Source: Lama glama
Lineage: Eukaryota
NCBI GenBank assembly: GCA_028534125.1
Contig: CM052818.1
Location: 12,154,001-12,218,000 of the forward strand
DNA length: 64,000 bases
Reading direction: 5' to 3'
Shown: positions 38,995 through 51,115 of the stretch, in pieces
Layout: every line of letters starts with the position of its first letter
Position numbering within the stretch: position 1 is the first letter of the stretch
The notes under the pieces: generated by a model
Databases searched by the model: none
Told to the model about the DNA's origin: nothing
Seen by the model: the letters and a program-made list of their open reading frames with translations, nothing else
Position numbers and translations under genes: made by a program

Positions 38995-39240
38995 TGTACT
39001 TTATCAATAAACATTTATTGATCATCTATTATAGACAAGTCAGTGTGCGCTAAAGCCTTGTGAAGAGAAGAAGAATAACATTTAAGGCTTAAAATCTCAG
39101 TGAGTTGGAGTTGGCAAGTGTACATTAAAGAAAGAAACAATAGTAGGAGAAGCATCACCCGCTAAATGTCAGAATTGTTAGGAGGTGCAGAAGCTATCAG
39201 GGGTTAGTCACTCCTCAGGGCTGGGAAGAGTAGAGAAAGT
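38995..39240 (-). mobile_element. L2 3' end (with an opposite-strand L2 tail at ~38930-38995)
   Basis: tcaataaacatttattgatcatctattat... (antisense tail), directly after ctcagtaaatatttgttgaaatgaa (sense tail). Confidence 0.55.
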
Positions 39241-39849
39241 ATGGATCTCTTACATATGTCTGCTGTTGTTCCTGAAGAGGAAAACCTTGACCCCTATGTG
39301 CTGCTGTGCAGATCTTTGAATGGGATGCAAAGCCATTGGGCCTGTTTACCTCTTGGCTTTCGTATTTCCAATAGCATTCAAAAACAGATCATGGGGAGTC
39401 CTGAGAGCCATGAAGTATCTGAGACTTCCTGTTTTTCTGATTGCAAGATTCAGTAGAGCGTTTTCAATTCTATCACTTCGGCAGTGATCCAGGTTACTTC
39501 TCCTCATGCTAACCCTGAAAACCCTGAAGCCGTCTTTTACCCATGCTGTGTTGAAGTGCCCAAAGAGGATGGATGGTTTTTTTTTTTTTTTTAATCACAG
39601 CAGGACCCCCTGCCTGGAGGGAAGAACTTGAAACCAGGAATCCTACTGGGGTGGGGCAGATACTTCTGCCAGAAGTGTGATCAGGCGAGGGGAGGGAGCC
39701 CAGCGGAGCAGAGTGTGGAATAGAGCAGCAGGCAGCGGTATCTCAGCAAGTGCTTGAGAGAGTTTCAGCATGACCTAACTGGTCAGAGTTGAAGGCAGAG
39801 CTGGGTAACTAACAACTCAATTTTCATAAACTTTTAATTGAGTGCTTAT

Positions 39850-40110
39850 TATTCATTCATTCATTCATTCAATCACCCAATCAATATTTAATGATCCCTC
39901 TGGGGATCTAAGAAAGGAACGATATAAAATATATCACGTGCTGCAGAAGAAATTAATAAATACAATGAGAAGAGAAATACAGGAGTGCAGACTTTTGCCT
40001 CAGGGAGGGGGTCAGGGAAGATTCCACAAGGGAAGTAACCTTTGAATTGAATATTAAAAGATGATGGACATTCACTGGATGAGGAGAAAGAACAGTTCAG
40101 AGAGCAATGA
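39850..40110 (-). mobile_element. L2 LINE fragment
   Basis: (TCAT)n tail followed by gggtcagggaagattccacaagggaagtaacctttgaattga...aaagatga. Confidence 0.65.
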
Positions 40111-40769
40111 ATAAAAGTCGAATCATTTCGTTTTGCATACTCTATTGAAACAGGGACTTTTCTCTACTGCTTACTAATTGTGTGCTTCAGAAAGGGTTTT
40201 TTTTAAGCAAAACTAAATATGCAAACATATTTTGAGCCATTTAATGTTCCTAAACCTACCATTATTTGCTAGGTAATATGCTGGAAAAATCAGCCTATAG
40301 GGTTTAAGAGAAACTATGGTAAGATACCAAATAAAGGACAGATGTGACTTAAAAAAAAAGATTTTACTGAAACAGATGTAAATGAGGAGTAAACTGGGCA
40401 GTGAAAGCTTATTTTTTTTTTTTGGCCCGTGGCCTCAATTTCTAGTCTTTTGGTAGGTTATTGTTTTACACAGAGATGGTCTTACAATGGGAACATAATA
40501 AACATGTGATGAGATAATAGTAATGGGTAACAATAATAAAGATGATGATGACAATGATGATAATATTGTTATTACATATAGTACCATTTTAGAATCTGCT
40601 TCTTTCCTGCTTTTTGATTCTTTCCCACTTAAAGAGGATGGCTCAATTCCTAATGGATCAGCTGTCCTTAGATGAGTGAATTGTCAGGGCTTTCTTAGGA
40701 TCCAAATCCACTCAACTAATCTAAATCCCTTCAGACACAAGTAGCCTTAGGAAAACCTAAAGTTTGAGC

Positions 40770-41010
40770 TAATTGGGTTGTATTGTATATAAGTAATTCA
40801 GATGAGGTATTGAAAACAAGATTTTAGAGTTTACAGAGGATACTAAAACTGGAGGCTGAGCAAATAATGAGGAACAAAACAATCAGACTCAAAAGGATTT
40901 GGATTGTATAAGTAATTGGATCAGCAGATGGCAAATGCAGTTCAGTACAGGAAAATGTAAAATAGACTTGAAGAGAAAGAAACAAACTAGAGGATGTGTG
41001 CTAAATGGAA
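40770..41010 (+). mobile_element. CR1/L3 LINE reverse-transcriptase remnant
   Basis: Frame starting at 40821 reads ILEFTEDTKTGG*ANNEEQNNQTQKDLDCISNWISRWQMQFSTGKCKIDLKRK. This aligns by eye with the CR1 ORF2 motif ISKFADDTKLGG...LQxDLDRLxxWAxxWQMxFNxxKCKVMHLGRK. Confidence 0.85.
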
Positions 41011-41504
41011 CAATCATCCAGAACGCTGACCAGGAAATGCAAAGGAGGGGCTATTATAAAACATAAATCATGGCAGCTCTTAGCTTACGGCTAATTCTGT
41101 TGTTTCAGAATCCTATCAGAAAGAACGTGCTTGCATATTGTCCATGGTGGGCGCTTACTGTACCCTATGGGAACTAGCTTCAAATTTCAGTCATTTCACC
41201 ACTCGGTTTTGTGGAGGCACCTTTCAAAAATTTTCAAGGTGTTGCTTTTTGAATGCAGATTTTTCTCCTTTTTGTTTAGGCTTATGCTCATTATTCTATA
41301 ATTACCCGTCTCAGACATTGCTGGAAAGATTCAGAACAATGTTTTCAGGATATTTTACTAATTACCCTATATTTCACTATGTCAGAAAATCCCCAGGAGA
41401 ATCCACGTGGGGGTATCACAGTCCCCATTTGCCCCATTCCCTGAAGGTATAGTGTACACTCGGCAGGGGTCGGAGATCAACTGTTTTGTGAGGCAGAGTT
41501 AGAG

Positions 41505-41702
41505 GCAGTGCATTTAAAATTGTGTCTGTTTGTGTGCATAAGAATCACCTGAGCAGCTAGTTTAGAAATGGAAATACCTAGATTGCTTCTCCAAAGGCTA
41601 ACACAGCCCAGCTGAGAAGGGGTATGAAAACTGGCATCTTTTAGAAGTACCCTTGGTATGCTGACGTAGATCATCTTTGGGAGGCATTTTGAAAAACACT
41701 GG
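41505..41702. mobile_element. MER5A-like hAT-Charlie MITE
   Basis: gcagtg...tgcataagaatcacctgag...gcatcttttagaagtaccc...ttttgaaaaacactg. Confidence 0.7.
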
Positions 41703-41729
41703 GTAGCTGGAAATAAAAAAGTAGAAGAA

Positions 41730-41900
41730 ACACCATTCTTAGTCCCTCTTCATTTAACTTGTTGACAGTTACACTGCTCAGATCTCAAGTTCTTTATCTG
41801 GAAAAATGAGTATAATATGTGTCCAGCATACCCGGCAGAGGAGCAAATGATATAATGTCTGAAATCTGATTGCATACAAATATAAACCTCAGGTAGAACG
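41730..41900 (+). mobile_element. MIR SINE fragment
   Basis: tctcaagttctttatctggaaaaatgagtataat...gagcaaatgatataatgt. Confidence 0.55.
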
Positions 41901-44900
41901 CTTGCCAAATGTAGTGTGTACTACTGTGATCCCACAATAACGTGCTTTTAAATGGATGATTGAGGGAGCCATCTATACTCAGCCAGAGTTAGATTTTCCT
42001 TTTTATCTATTGCTACAGGAATTCTCACCCATAGTTGATCTCTGCAACCAAATAGATACTGAAAGTAGTAGGTGTTTTCCTTTGTGTATTTTTAAAAAGT
42101 GCTAGCAGAAGGTCACTAGCTGTGTCCTTGTGGTTTTGTTACTCCCAGGGAGCAACGTTTTGAATAGCAGTCTTCAGTGTTTAGATTCAGTTGCATACCC
42201 TGTGGTCACTGATACTCAACTCCAGCTTTTGTTGTTGAGAATGAGAATGACTTCCACTGGCCTGACAAGCACATGGTAATCACCCTTTCATCGTCTACGA
42301 CTGAGGTCTGTTTCTCATCTGCAGAAAGTAAAACTGAAGTCTGTTTACAAACCACACTGAGTTCGCTGTGCAAAGTACCCCATGAAATCAACTGATCTCG
42401 ATAACATGTAAAAATTTCCATCGTTCTTTACTTACTGAAATTTTGTCTTGTCCAGGAAGTCTCAACCAGAGTTATGTCAGCTGAATTAAACAATGATAAA
42501 CCCCCAAGCAATATGAATCAGCTAAACTGAGGTATTCAAAGATACTGCTTTCAGATGAAATTTACCATAAACACATGAAAGAGTGTATGCACAGCTTCCT
42601 CAGCTCTGGTCTTGATTCCATAAGCCTCTCTTTGGAACATTCTGTGAACACAGTTACCATGTAATTAGCTGAGCTGTAAGTTAGGTGTTTAAAAATATTT
42701 TTTCAGGTGCTTTTTTGTATTCATGATAGATTCTCAACACCCAAAATCAATCTCAATCAAAGCAGCAACTGAGTTTATCATAAATTAACATGAAAAGGTT
42801 TTCTACTGAGTAGATGGTTAATTACTATCTAATTTGAATAATTTTGCATATTAATGAGAAATGAATGAAAATCATTTTTAGATTTTTAACTTCAGCTGAG
42901 AAACCCATGGAGATAATGGATCCGTTTTAAGAGGCATGTGATCTCTATTACTAAAGGAGACACCAATTTTTTTCTATAAACTTGCTGACTTGTTTTAAGT
43001 TGATTAATGGATTAGTGTTTTGCCATTAATAAACTATATCCAAATGAAAGACAACTTCATTATTTGACTCTGTAGCCCTTAGCTGCCTGCCAGGTAAGAA
43101 AAATGGAAAATAGATGAAGAGTTTGCTAAGGAAAAATATAACCTTGCACAGTCCTTCAAAAAGTCTAGATGCAGACATTTATATGCTTCTAATTGTAAAT
43201 GAATTTTTATAACTTGTAATTTTTTTGCCACATGAAGTTCTATGTATATTGCTTACAAGCGATATTTAGATTTAGAATATACATACTGAGCTGAAGTAGA
43301 GCTACCTCTTAAAACTATTACTGTATTCTCCAATTTGAAAAAGTGACTGACAATTGCCTCAGGCCTCAGAAATTACAGCCAGCCAGAAGTCAAAAGTCAC
43401 TTTTATAAAGTATCCTTGAAATCTTTTTTAGCTTTGCAAACAAGAAATAATCTCTCTTATATATTTATACCCGCTCAGGAAAAAATAATTTAAAGAACAA
43501 ACTGTTTATTTCCTTCCAGTTTTCTTTTACTTTTAACTTTTATTTCATACTTAAAACTTTCTATTTGATACATACTTTCAAGCTACCTCTCTTTCCCTCT
43601 TTGGGCAGGATCTGATGTTATCCAATAATTCAATGCACTCAGTTAACTCTAGCCTGTACTAATGCAGAGCAGTCATGATGAATGAAACTGGATAAGTATT
43701 TCAATACTTTTGAAACTAAAAACTTTATCCAAGATGGGTAGTATTACAAGGTATTATTATTTCTCTACAGTCCACATTCAACTGGAAGGAACTGACTATT
43801 CTAGTCATGTCATTACTACACCAGCCCAACCTTGCTTTTGAAAGGCCTCAGATATACAAGACTGTTACTGCAGGTAAGTTATTTGGCCTTGTATTTTATC
43901 AAGAAGACTCGGATTGGACTGGAACTTCAATTGGGTACATAGGCCTCAGAGCGTGATTACAGAGTTCAAAAGGTATCTTTGGATTATTTAACTCAACAAA
44001 AGAAGATAAAGTAGGAAAGAGTTTTCTCTTTGGGAAACAAAAACGAGATGGGCCATCCCTGAAAAAGAAACTGCTTGGATGGATGCTCTGACTCCCAGAC
44101 TTGTTCTATTCACTATTCACCTACTTTCATGGTCAGGACCTTCTTGGCCAGAAAGTGAAGAGGATTTTACCAGTTCACGGGTGATAGACTCTAAAAGTGG
44201 CATTGACAATACATCTGAAGAAAAGTCTGGAAAAGAGGCAAGCCATTTAAAAAAGAACTAAAAACCTTGATGTTTCCAATTGAGCCATATGCCAGGGTAA
44301 CTCTCAGGATAAGAAATGAACTATATTTTATATTCACAAAGTAGGATTTTTTCACAAAAATATGAAATCAAGAGTGGCATTAGCATGAGCTGTCCACTCC
44401 CCCTCTCCTCCTTCTGGTCTCTTCCAGTCTCTTTTGCCAAAGAACTGAGAATGAATTTTTGAGAGCCAAGGATATGGAAAGGAAGACAAAATAAAGCTGG
44501 GAGAATTTTGGCGGAATTACATGCTTAACATACTGCACCATTTCTTTAATATATTTAAATAGTCCTGTGTCATCAGTTGGTGGCTTTCCTTTTCGACAAT
44601 TTGCGATATATTTTGTTTTTCCTTAATTAAGCTTCACATGCTGGAATTAATTACTGCTGGGTAGTTGAAATCTGGTGGTCTAATTTTCAACTTCAGTCAA
44701 TAGAGCTCAAAGTCTACATTCACCTCTGAAATTACCAAACTTGCCAAATTATATTTGTTACTTATATTTTCTAGATTACAAATTTAAAGGACAGTTGCTT
44801 GGTATGATTATAAAATAACAAGATTACTTTTCATGTGTGACTCATGAGTCCATCTCACTACTTATAGGGAAATTTTATCATATGCAAGATCGCTATCTCA

Positions 44901-45239
44901 TAGGATTGCATGTAAAACATAAAGGGTGCACTTATAACTCTTAAACATTCACAACCAACCCTTTCCCTAGCCATTAAAATAAAGCTATATCGAAATTCTA
45001 TTTGTCAAAAAGGTAATGTAAAAATAATGTGAAGATAAGAAATTCAGTATGCCACCCTGGAATAATTTTTAAATATCTAGATATCGTTATCCAAAATTAA
45101 ATGTTCAAGGATTCCAAAAATTTCACTAATAAATTGGTCCAAGGCAGAAAACCAGCCAAAAGTCCATAGTACGCAACTAGAATGCCAAGTTTTATATAAT
45201 AAAACGCACACAGATATATACACATACATAATAAATTGT

Positions 45240-45400
45240 TCTCACGTGCATGATGAGGCATACAGACAGGTGTTATTACCTTTGTTTTGCAGATGAATAT
45301 ATTAAGGTTCAGCAATATTAATTGAGGTTACTCTGTGAATAACTGGTCTTTAATTTGGATTATCTGAATTCCTAGCCTGAGCTACCTCCATTTGTATCAC
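45240..45400 (-). mobile_element. MIR SINE
   Basis: ggtgttattacctttgttttgcagatgaatatattaaggttcag. Confidence 0.6.
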
Positions 45401-45759
45401 AAGTTTCCACTATGAAAGTGGAAAAGGAAGAAGTGGAGGCAAGAGAGAGGAAGCTGATCAAGTGAAAGAGGGAGAGGGGCTTGTATTAACACATCTTTCC
45501 CTTATCCTCTCTCTACCCATCATTTCTTACATTTCAATCAATTCTCTCCCATGTCATTGGTATTTTCTTTCTCTAATCTATCTAGGTGACTGGATTATTA
45601 ATCACATTAAGGCTCAAATGACCCCCAACTTAATTTTAGTGGATAATAACTATATCCCTAACTAGGACCTAAAGATTCGCCAACTAGTTGAACGTGCTCT
45701 GGAGATTCTCAAGTGAAAATCATCACTGCCTATGCTTGTTTTGCTTTCTCCTCATCTAT

Positions 45760-45935
45760 TTAGGTTTGTAACACAATATTTTACACACATTAGTTCATTT
45801 GATCTTTACAGTAGCGTTATGAAGCAGGGACTACTGGGATCCTTATTTTACACTGAAGAAACAGAGGCTCAGAGAACTCAAGTGATGGAACTAGGATTTG
45901 AACTTGCATGGGTTCAGCTTCAAAGCCAGAGGGTC
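45760..45935 (-). mobile_element. MIR SINE
   Basis: tcatttgatctttacagtagc...ccttattttacactgaagaaacagaggctcagaga...ctaggatttgaac. Confidence 0.8.
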
Positions 45936-45984
45936 ACTCCCCACTTTGGCAAAAGGCTCTATCCTTCCCGGGTTCAATAAAACA

Positions 45985-46170
45985 CATGGTCTAAGCTTCC
46001 CCAGATATGAACTGTGCCACCTTGGGCAAGATATTTAATTAGCTGAGTGTCACTTTTCTCTTTATTTGTCAGATAAGAATAGTGAGCGCGAAGAGTTTTT
46101 TTCTTTATTAAATTTTTGTCCATTAAACAATATCATAAATACAAAAGTTTTTGGTATAATGCTTTGTTAT
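45985..46170 (+). mobile_element. MIR SINE
   Basis: ctgtgccaccttgggcaagatatttaa...ctgagtgtcactttt...ttgtcagataagaatagt. Confidence 0.6.
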
Positions 46171-47389
46171 TATTATCAGCATCAGTCTAAGGAGGGTTGA
46201 ATGATAGAGTGAATATTCAGAATTTACAGGCAACATGGAGTTACAGTCAGGTGCTTACAAGACTATGGCTCTTTGAGGGATGGTCTTAAGATTGAAACCT
46301 TGTAGTGGAGGTATTCTCCCATCTCAGGGAAGGGGGTCTTACTGGTTGTTTGAGTCATCAGTGCTGCTCTATAACATCCAGTGACAAATAGAGCTTATCA
46401 TAGATAACTGTATGATAAACCTTCAGAAACTGGCATTTATCTTTGTTCAGCAGAATGTTTGGTCATCGTTGTCCCATTTTTCTATCTTGGAAAGAAAGTG
46501 ACGTTAGGTACAGTGAAAATCTTTTCAGCTGCATTCTTTTTTTTCATATTTCTTTTAACCATCCTATTAAGCACCTATGTATATATTTTGTATTTCTTTG
46601 TTTTTTTAGTCCATTCACTTGATTTCTTTAAATAGATAATCATAGTATATGTTGATGAAACCTGTCACCTTAAAGCAAAAACCCTTTAGGTAATACTGGG
46701 CCTCATCTTCAGAAACAAAATAATAGAACTATTACTTCAGATTTGTTAGGTTATAAACGTGTTCATATTCCAAAGTGTTTTTAGATTTGTATAGAACCAT
46801 GTGTGGTGAGTTACTGTAAAGCCTGATGATAATCAGAATTCATGTCAATGTATTTTGCTTAGTTATTAATAATATCATTTTCAACTGGAACATGTAATTG
46901 GGATTTGGGGTTTTGAGCTGACTGTTCTTGTTTAGAGATAAAACTTTAAGTAACTATGATTTTATTTTGCTATTTCCAATTTTGCCTTTTTAATCTAAAT
47001 ATATATTATGTACAGTTCATTTTATACTGCAGTGATTTGTCAGTGAAACATAAATACTTCTGTAAACTTGTACCTTGTATGTGTGAAGATCCTGAAATCA
47101 AAATAGTCAACAGTAAACACCACAACTACAGCTGCAGTTTTAAATATTTTATAATCCAATCAAATTGTTTGAGTAGTAATGCATTTAAATGTTGTTATGG
47201 AATCCCCTCCAGACTTTTTAAAATGGTTACTCTGTTCTTGAGTTTGCTATTTATGAAATTCATAAGGGATGACATTTTTTAATAATAGAGCATCTGACAG
47301 AGAGCAGTGTTTCTTTTCATGTCTCAGTATAATCTATAATTTCCTGGCTTAACTTTCAGAGGGATACAGCTACAAATTACACTTTTATT

Positions 47390-47445
47390 AATGACTATAT
47401 ATATATATATATATAAAAATGACTATATATATATATATATATATA
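47390..47445. repeat. Tandem duplication of AATGAC(TA)n
   Basis: AATGAC followed by a TA run occurs twice back to back (47390-47417 and 47418-47445). Confidence 0.95.
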
Positions 47446-47794
47446 CACATACATAACATCTGTTGTTGCAGCTATAATTAAAATGACCTTAACTGAGAAG
47501 TTTTACCTGAGTCATTTAGCATCTTTTCAGATATTTGGATGAAGAAGTTTTACCTAAGAAGAGAAGGTACCAGTCTGAAACCAATTGTGAAAAATACATT
47601 TATAAAAGACCCAAAGCAGAGGTCATCTATAATTAAGCTTAATGAGATATTTTAGGCCAGGTCTAGGTCCTAATATATTTTAAATTATTTAAAAATCATA
47701 TAGGTTAGAAAAAAGAATGGGGATAGAGTTCTGTTGTTACTACTATTTATTTATAGAGTTTATAATATATTATCTATTTATAGAGTTAACATTA

Positions 47795-47975
47795 ACTCAA
47801 GTCTTACTATGTGCTATGTCCTGAGATAAAGAACTTTATACTATTTATGTTGAGATTTTATGAGATTATTTCCATGTTTTCAGGTGAAAAAATCTAAGCC
47901 AAACAGAGGTTAAGTACCACAAATAGTAAATGTTAGGATTTGAGCTGTCTGACCCCAGAGCTTCACATTTAATAC
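47795..47975 (-). mobile_element. MIR SINE
   Basis: cttactatgtgc...tttttcaggtgaaaaaatctaagcc...agaggttaagta...ggatttgagctgtctgaccccagagc. Confidence 0.7.
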
Positions 47976-48929
47976 ATATGTATTTAACCAGCACACAAGT
48001 ATTTAATTGTTCGCACATATTTAATGCAACTAAAGGTCAGAGGATGTTCAGTTTTAGAAGAAAATACTCTCTAATTTAAAAAACACTAATATTCAATAAA
48101 ATGCATATTTTTTAAAAGTTGGAATTTTTTCTCTTTAATGTATTAAATTGATCTAACCTACTTAATTAAACAATTTAGTGTTTGACTTAAGAAAAATAAA
48201 TTAACATTAACTATTTTTGTTGGCATTTATATAGGTAAGCTAATAACTTTTTTGTGGTTACATTTTAGCATGACTCGTTCAACTATTGCCTTATTACATA
48301 CTCACATACAAATATTATTGGGCACTACTAAAAGCCTTTTTCATCTTTAATTGAAATATGATGTAGAAACAATATTTTAAGAAAAAAATGTGTAAGAAGA
48401 AAAAATAACAAAGATTTGCATACCTGGGTCTCGTTAAAGGCAAGATTACATACCATTATACTTTATACTTCTAAGGTTTGGTGTGAAAAAAAATTCCCTT
48501 TGGGAGCCTAACATTGAATATGTCTCTCTGAAGTATCACGGAATTTAAAAAGTAAGTCTTATCCTAACATTTCAATATAAGAATAAACTTATACCAAACA
48601 GACAAGAACATTGGATGACACAGTAAAGTTTCAGTTCATTTCAAGTTTTAGAAATATTTGCGTGCAATATAATTTGATTAAAGGGGACAGCAACCTTTAA
48701 AGTCAGGGAGATCTCTAGTTATTTCACCAAACTGCTCTCCTTTTCAACTTGATTTCCCTGTAATTTAGTGGGCAGATAAATTTTCACTGAAAACAGAGAA
48801 AAAGAGATACAGCCATGCTGGCTTAGTTCTATCAGATAAAATAATTTGCTGATATAATCTTTGGACACTGCAATATTTGGAAAACGACCTTTTCAGTGTG
48901 TAATATGCGGTCGGCAATGAGTTAATCAC

Positions 48930-49105
48930 TTCTATAGACACATCATTTAACCATCACATGGTCTCTACAAAATATCTATTTTCAACCAGTTGAGTGTTTA
49001 AAGTTCACTAGGCATAATCATTTACCTAACTGGAAATAAGTGAAAGCGCCAAAACTGAACCTTAGGTCTCCTCACCCAAATCCTGCGTATCCAGGCCACT
49101 TTATG
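48930..49105 (-). mobile_element. MIR SINE
   Basis: catcatttaaccatcaca...ttttcaacc...ataagtgaaagcgccaaaactgaaccttaggtctcct. Confidence 0.55.
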
Positions 49106-50149
49106 ATGATCTTAGAATATTCCCAAGGGTCAGCCCCCGATCTAAGTGATGTGTGTGAATGAATTATTTCTCGTGATTTTTTCAGTATGCCAGAAGTTAC
49201 TTGGCTGCCATAAAATATTACTGTAACAAAAGCTGCTGCTCTTCAGTCAAATTACTAATATCCAACTGAACCATAAGGAAACCTTCATACAAACTGTCTT
49301 GGTGTACATCAAATGGGACCTCAGCTCCTCTCTGAATTCCTCTCTGGTTCTAAACTGGACTTTGCCCCTGACCTTTTGGGCTGCTTTTCTCCCCCACATC
49401 TGGGCTTCTCCCATTCTGGTTCATTGCTCTCTGCCTCCAAACTTTAGTCTTCCCTATTGAAAAAAGTATTCCTCATGGGAATTGTCCTTGCCACCCCTCT
49501 GACGGACTCCAACCTGTTCTCCAAGCAGTAATTGAGACTTCTAAAACAGACGTTTCCCTGCAACACTCTGGGCTCCATGTTGGCCATGTCTTTTTACTCA
49601 AATATGATCCTAGATGTCTGACTTCTCTAGATAAGTTACATGTTTTGTTCCCTTATAGGCCTACACCAAAACTGCAAGTTTTTTTTTTAACTCAAAAGTT
49701 GACTAGCTCTTTTGCTAGCCTCATCCTTAATTCTTTTCTATAAAACTGGCAAATTAGAACCCGACTAAAATTTTGATTGAAATTATTTGATGTATACTTA
49801 AGTCAGTTAATAGTAAACATTAGTAAAACTGCATAGTCTTCTCTTCATTTTGTAATTTAAACCCAGGTCTTTTTGTAGGGTCTGGTAAAAGTCCTTGCCT
49901 TAGTTTGTTCATATATTTAGCGAATGTTTACCAAGGGCCTATTATGTGTCAAACACTCTTCAAGGAGAGCAGGTATATGTCTTATAAACCACCTCCAGTG
50001 AGTAGTACTACATCTTACACCTGACAAGACTTGCTGCGTGGCTAGGTCCTAAGAAGTACAATAGTAACATCCCCTGATGCTCCCCACAGTAATCAGATTT
50101 CAGTCTGATTCGGTTTTCAGATTTAAGTCCAGTTTGCCCGGAATTAAAT

Positions 50150-50335
50150 GTTCATAGAATCCCGAATAATATCTATAAGGCTTTTAATATGCCAGGTTTA
50201 ACTGTGATTCTCTAATAAAGAGTAAAAAGTTTAGTGTTTCCCATCTATATTTGATCATGGAACTCTTTGATTATTCTTTTTCTCAGAACATCTCTAAGGA
50301 CAAAAGTTCAGGGAAACTTGGGAACTCTGAAACAG
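50150..50335. mobile_element. hAT-Charlie (MER3/MER112/MER117-like) fragment
   Basis: gtgtttcccatctatatttgatcatggaactc...gttcagggaaacttgggaactctg. Confidence 0.45.
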
Positions 50336-50454
50336 GGCCACAAGAAGTATATTGTATAGCATCTAGAGTCTCTCTAGGACTCCTAATCCAAGCTATGTTG
50401 CTAGCACCATGACATAATATGGGCATAAATTAACTGTTGTGAATAAAGGACCTG

Positions 50455-50620
50455 TCATTATTTTTATATTTCACTGATGAGGAAATGGAGATGTAGAAAA
50501 TTCAAGGAGATTTCCCAAGGTTTCTCTGTTGGGAAATGTTACAAAACCAACCAACCAAAAATAAGTATAAAAAACCCCAGGTCTGTTGGACCCAGTCAGA
50601 TAGTCATTCTCTCATACTGT
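50455..50620 (-). mobile_element. MIR SINE
   Basis: atttcactgatgaggaaatggagatgtag...tttcccaaggt...cccaggtctgttggaccc. Confidence 0.65.
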
Positions 50621-50879
50621 CCATTTCTCATTGGTTCTCACTGGACATTCAGGGCAGAGATATAGTGCTAGTCTGCACCCTCCCTGGTCCTGGACCATGA
50701 CTGATAGACTTGAAACCAAACCTGAGTTTGAAACTCAATACTGAATTAACCCTTGAGGTATAAGAGAATAACATCCACTGGGGAACTTCCCAATGCATTT
50801 CATTTACAGTCCTCCATCCTTGTCCATAGGGAAGGACTGGCTTTAGAGCCTACCGAGAATTTAACCACTTCCACCACCA

Positions 50880-51115
50880 TAGCTACTGGCATTTATTATG
50901 TGTTGGGTTTGGTAACAAACATTTAAAATAATATATGCTTTACCTCATTTAATCTCTCCCCCCAATCCTATAAGTTTGATAACATTATAAAGAAACAGAT
51001 TCAGAGAAATTAAACAGATTATCAAAAATCAGAGAAACCAGTAAATGGAGAAGCCAGGGATCAAACCTAGAGCTGACCGACCATAAGGCCCATGGGCTTT
51101 TCACTAACCACTTTG
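50880..51115 (-). mobile_element. MIR SINE
   Basis: catttattatgtg...cctcatttaatc...agaaacagattcagagaaattaaa...agccagggatcaaacctag. Confidence 0.75.
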
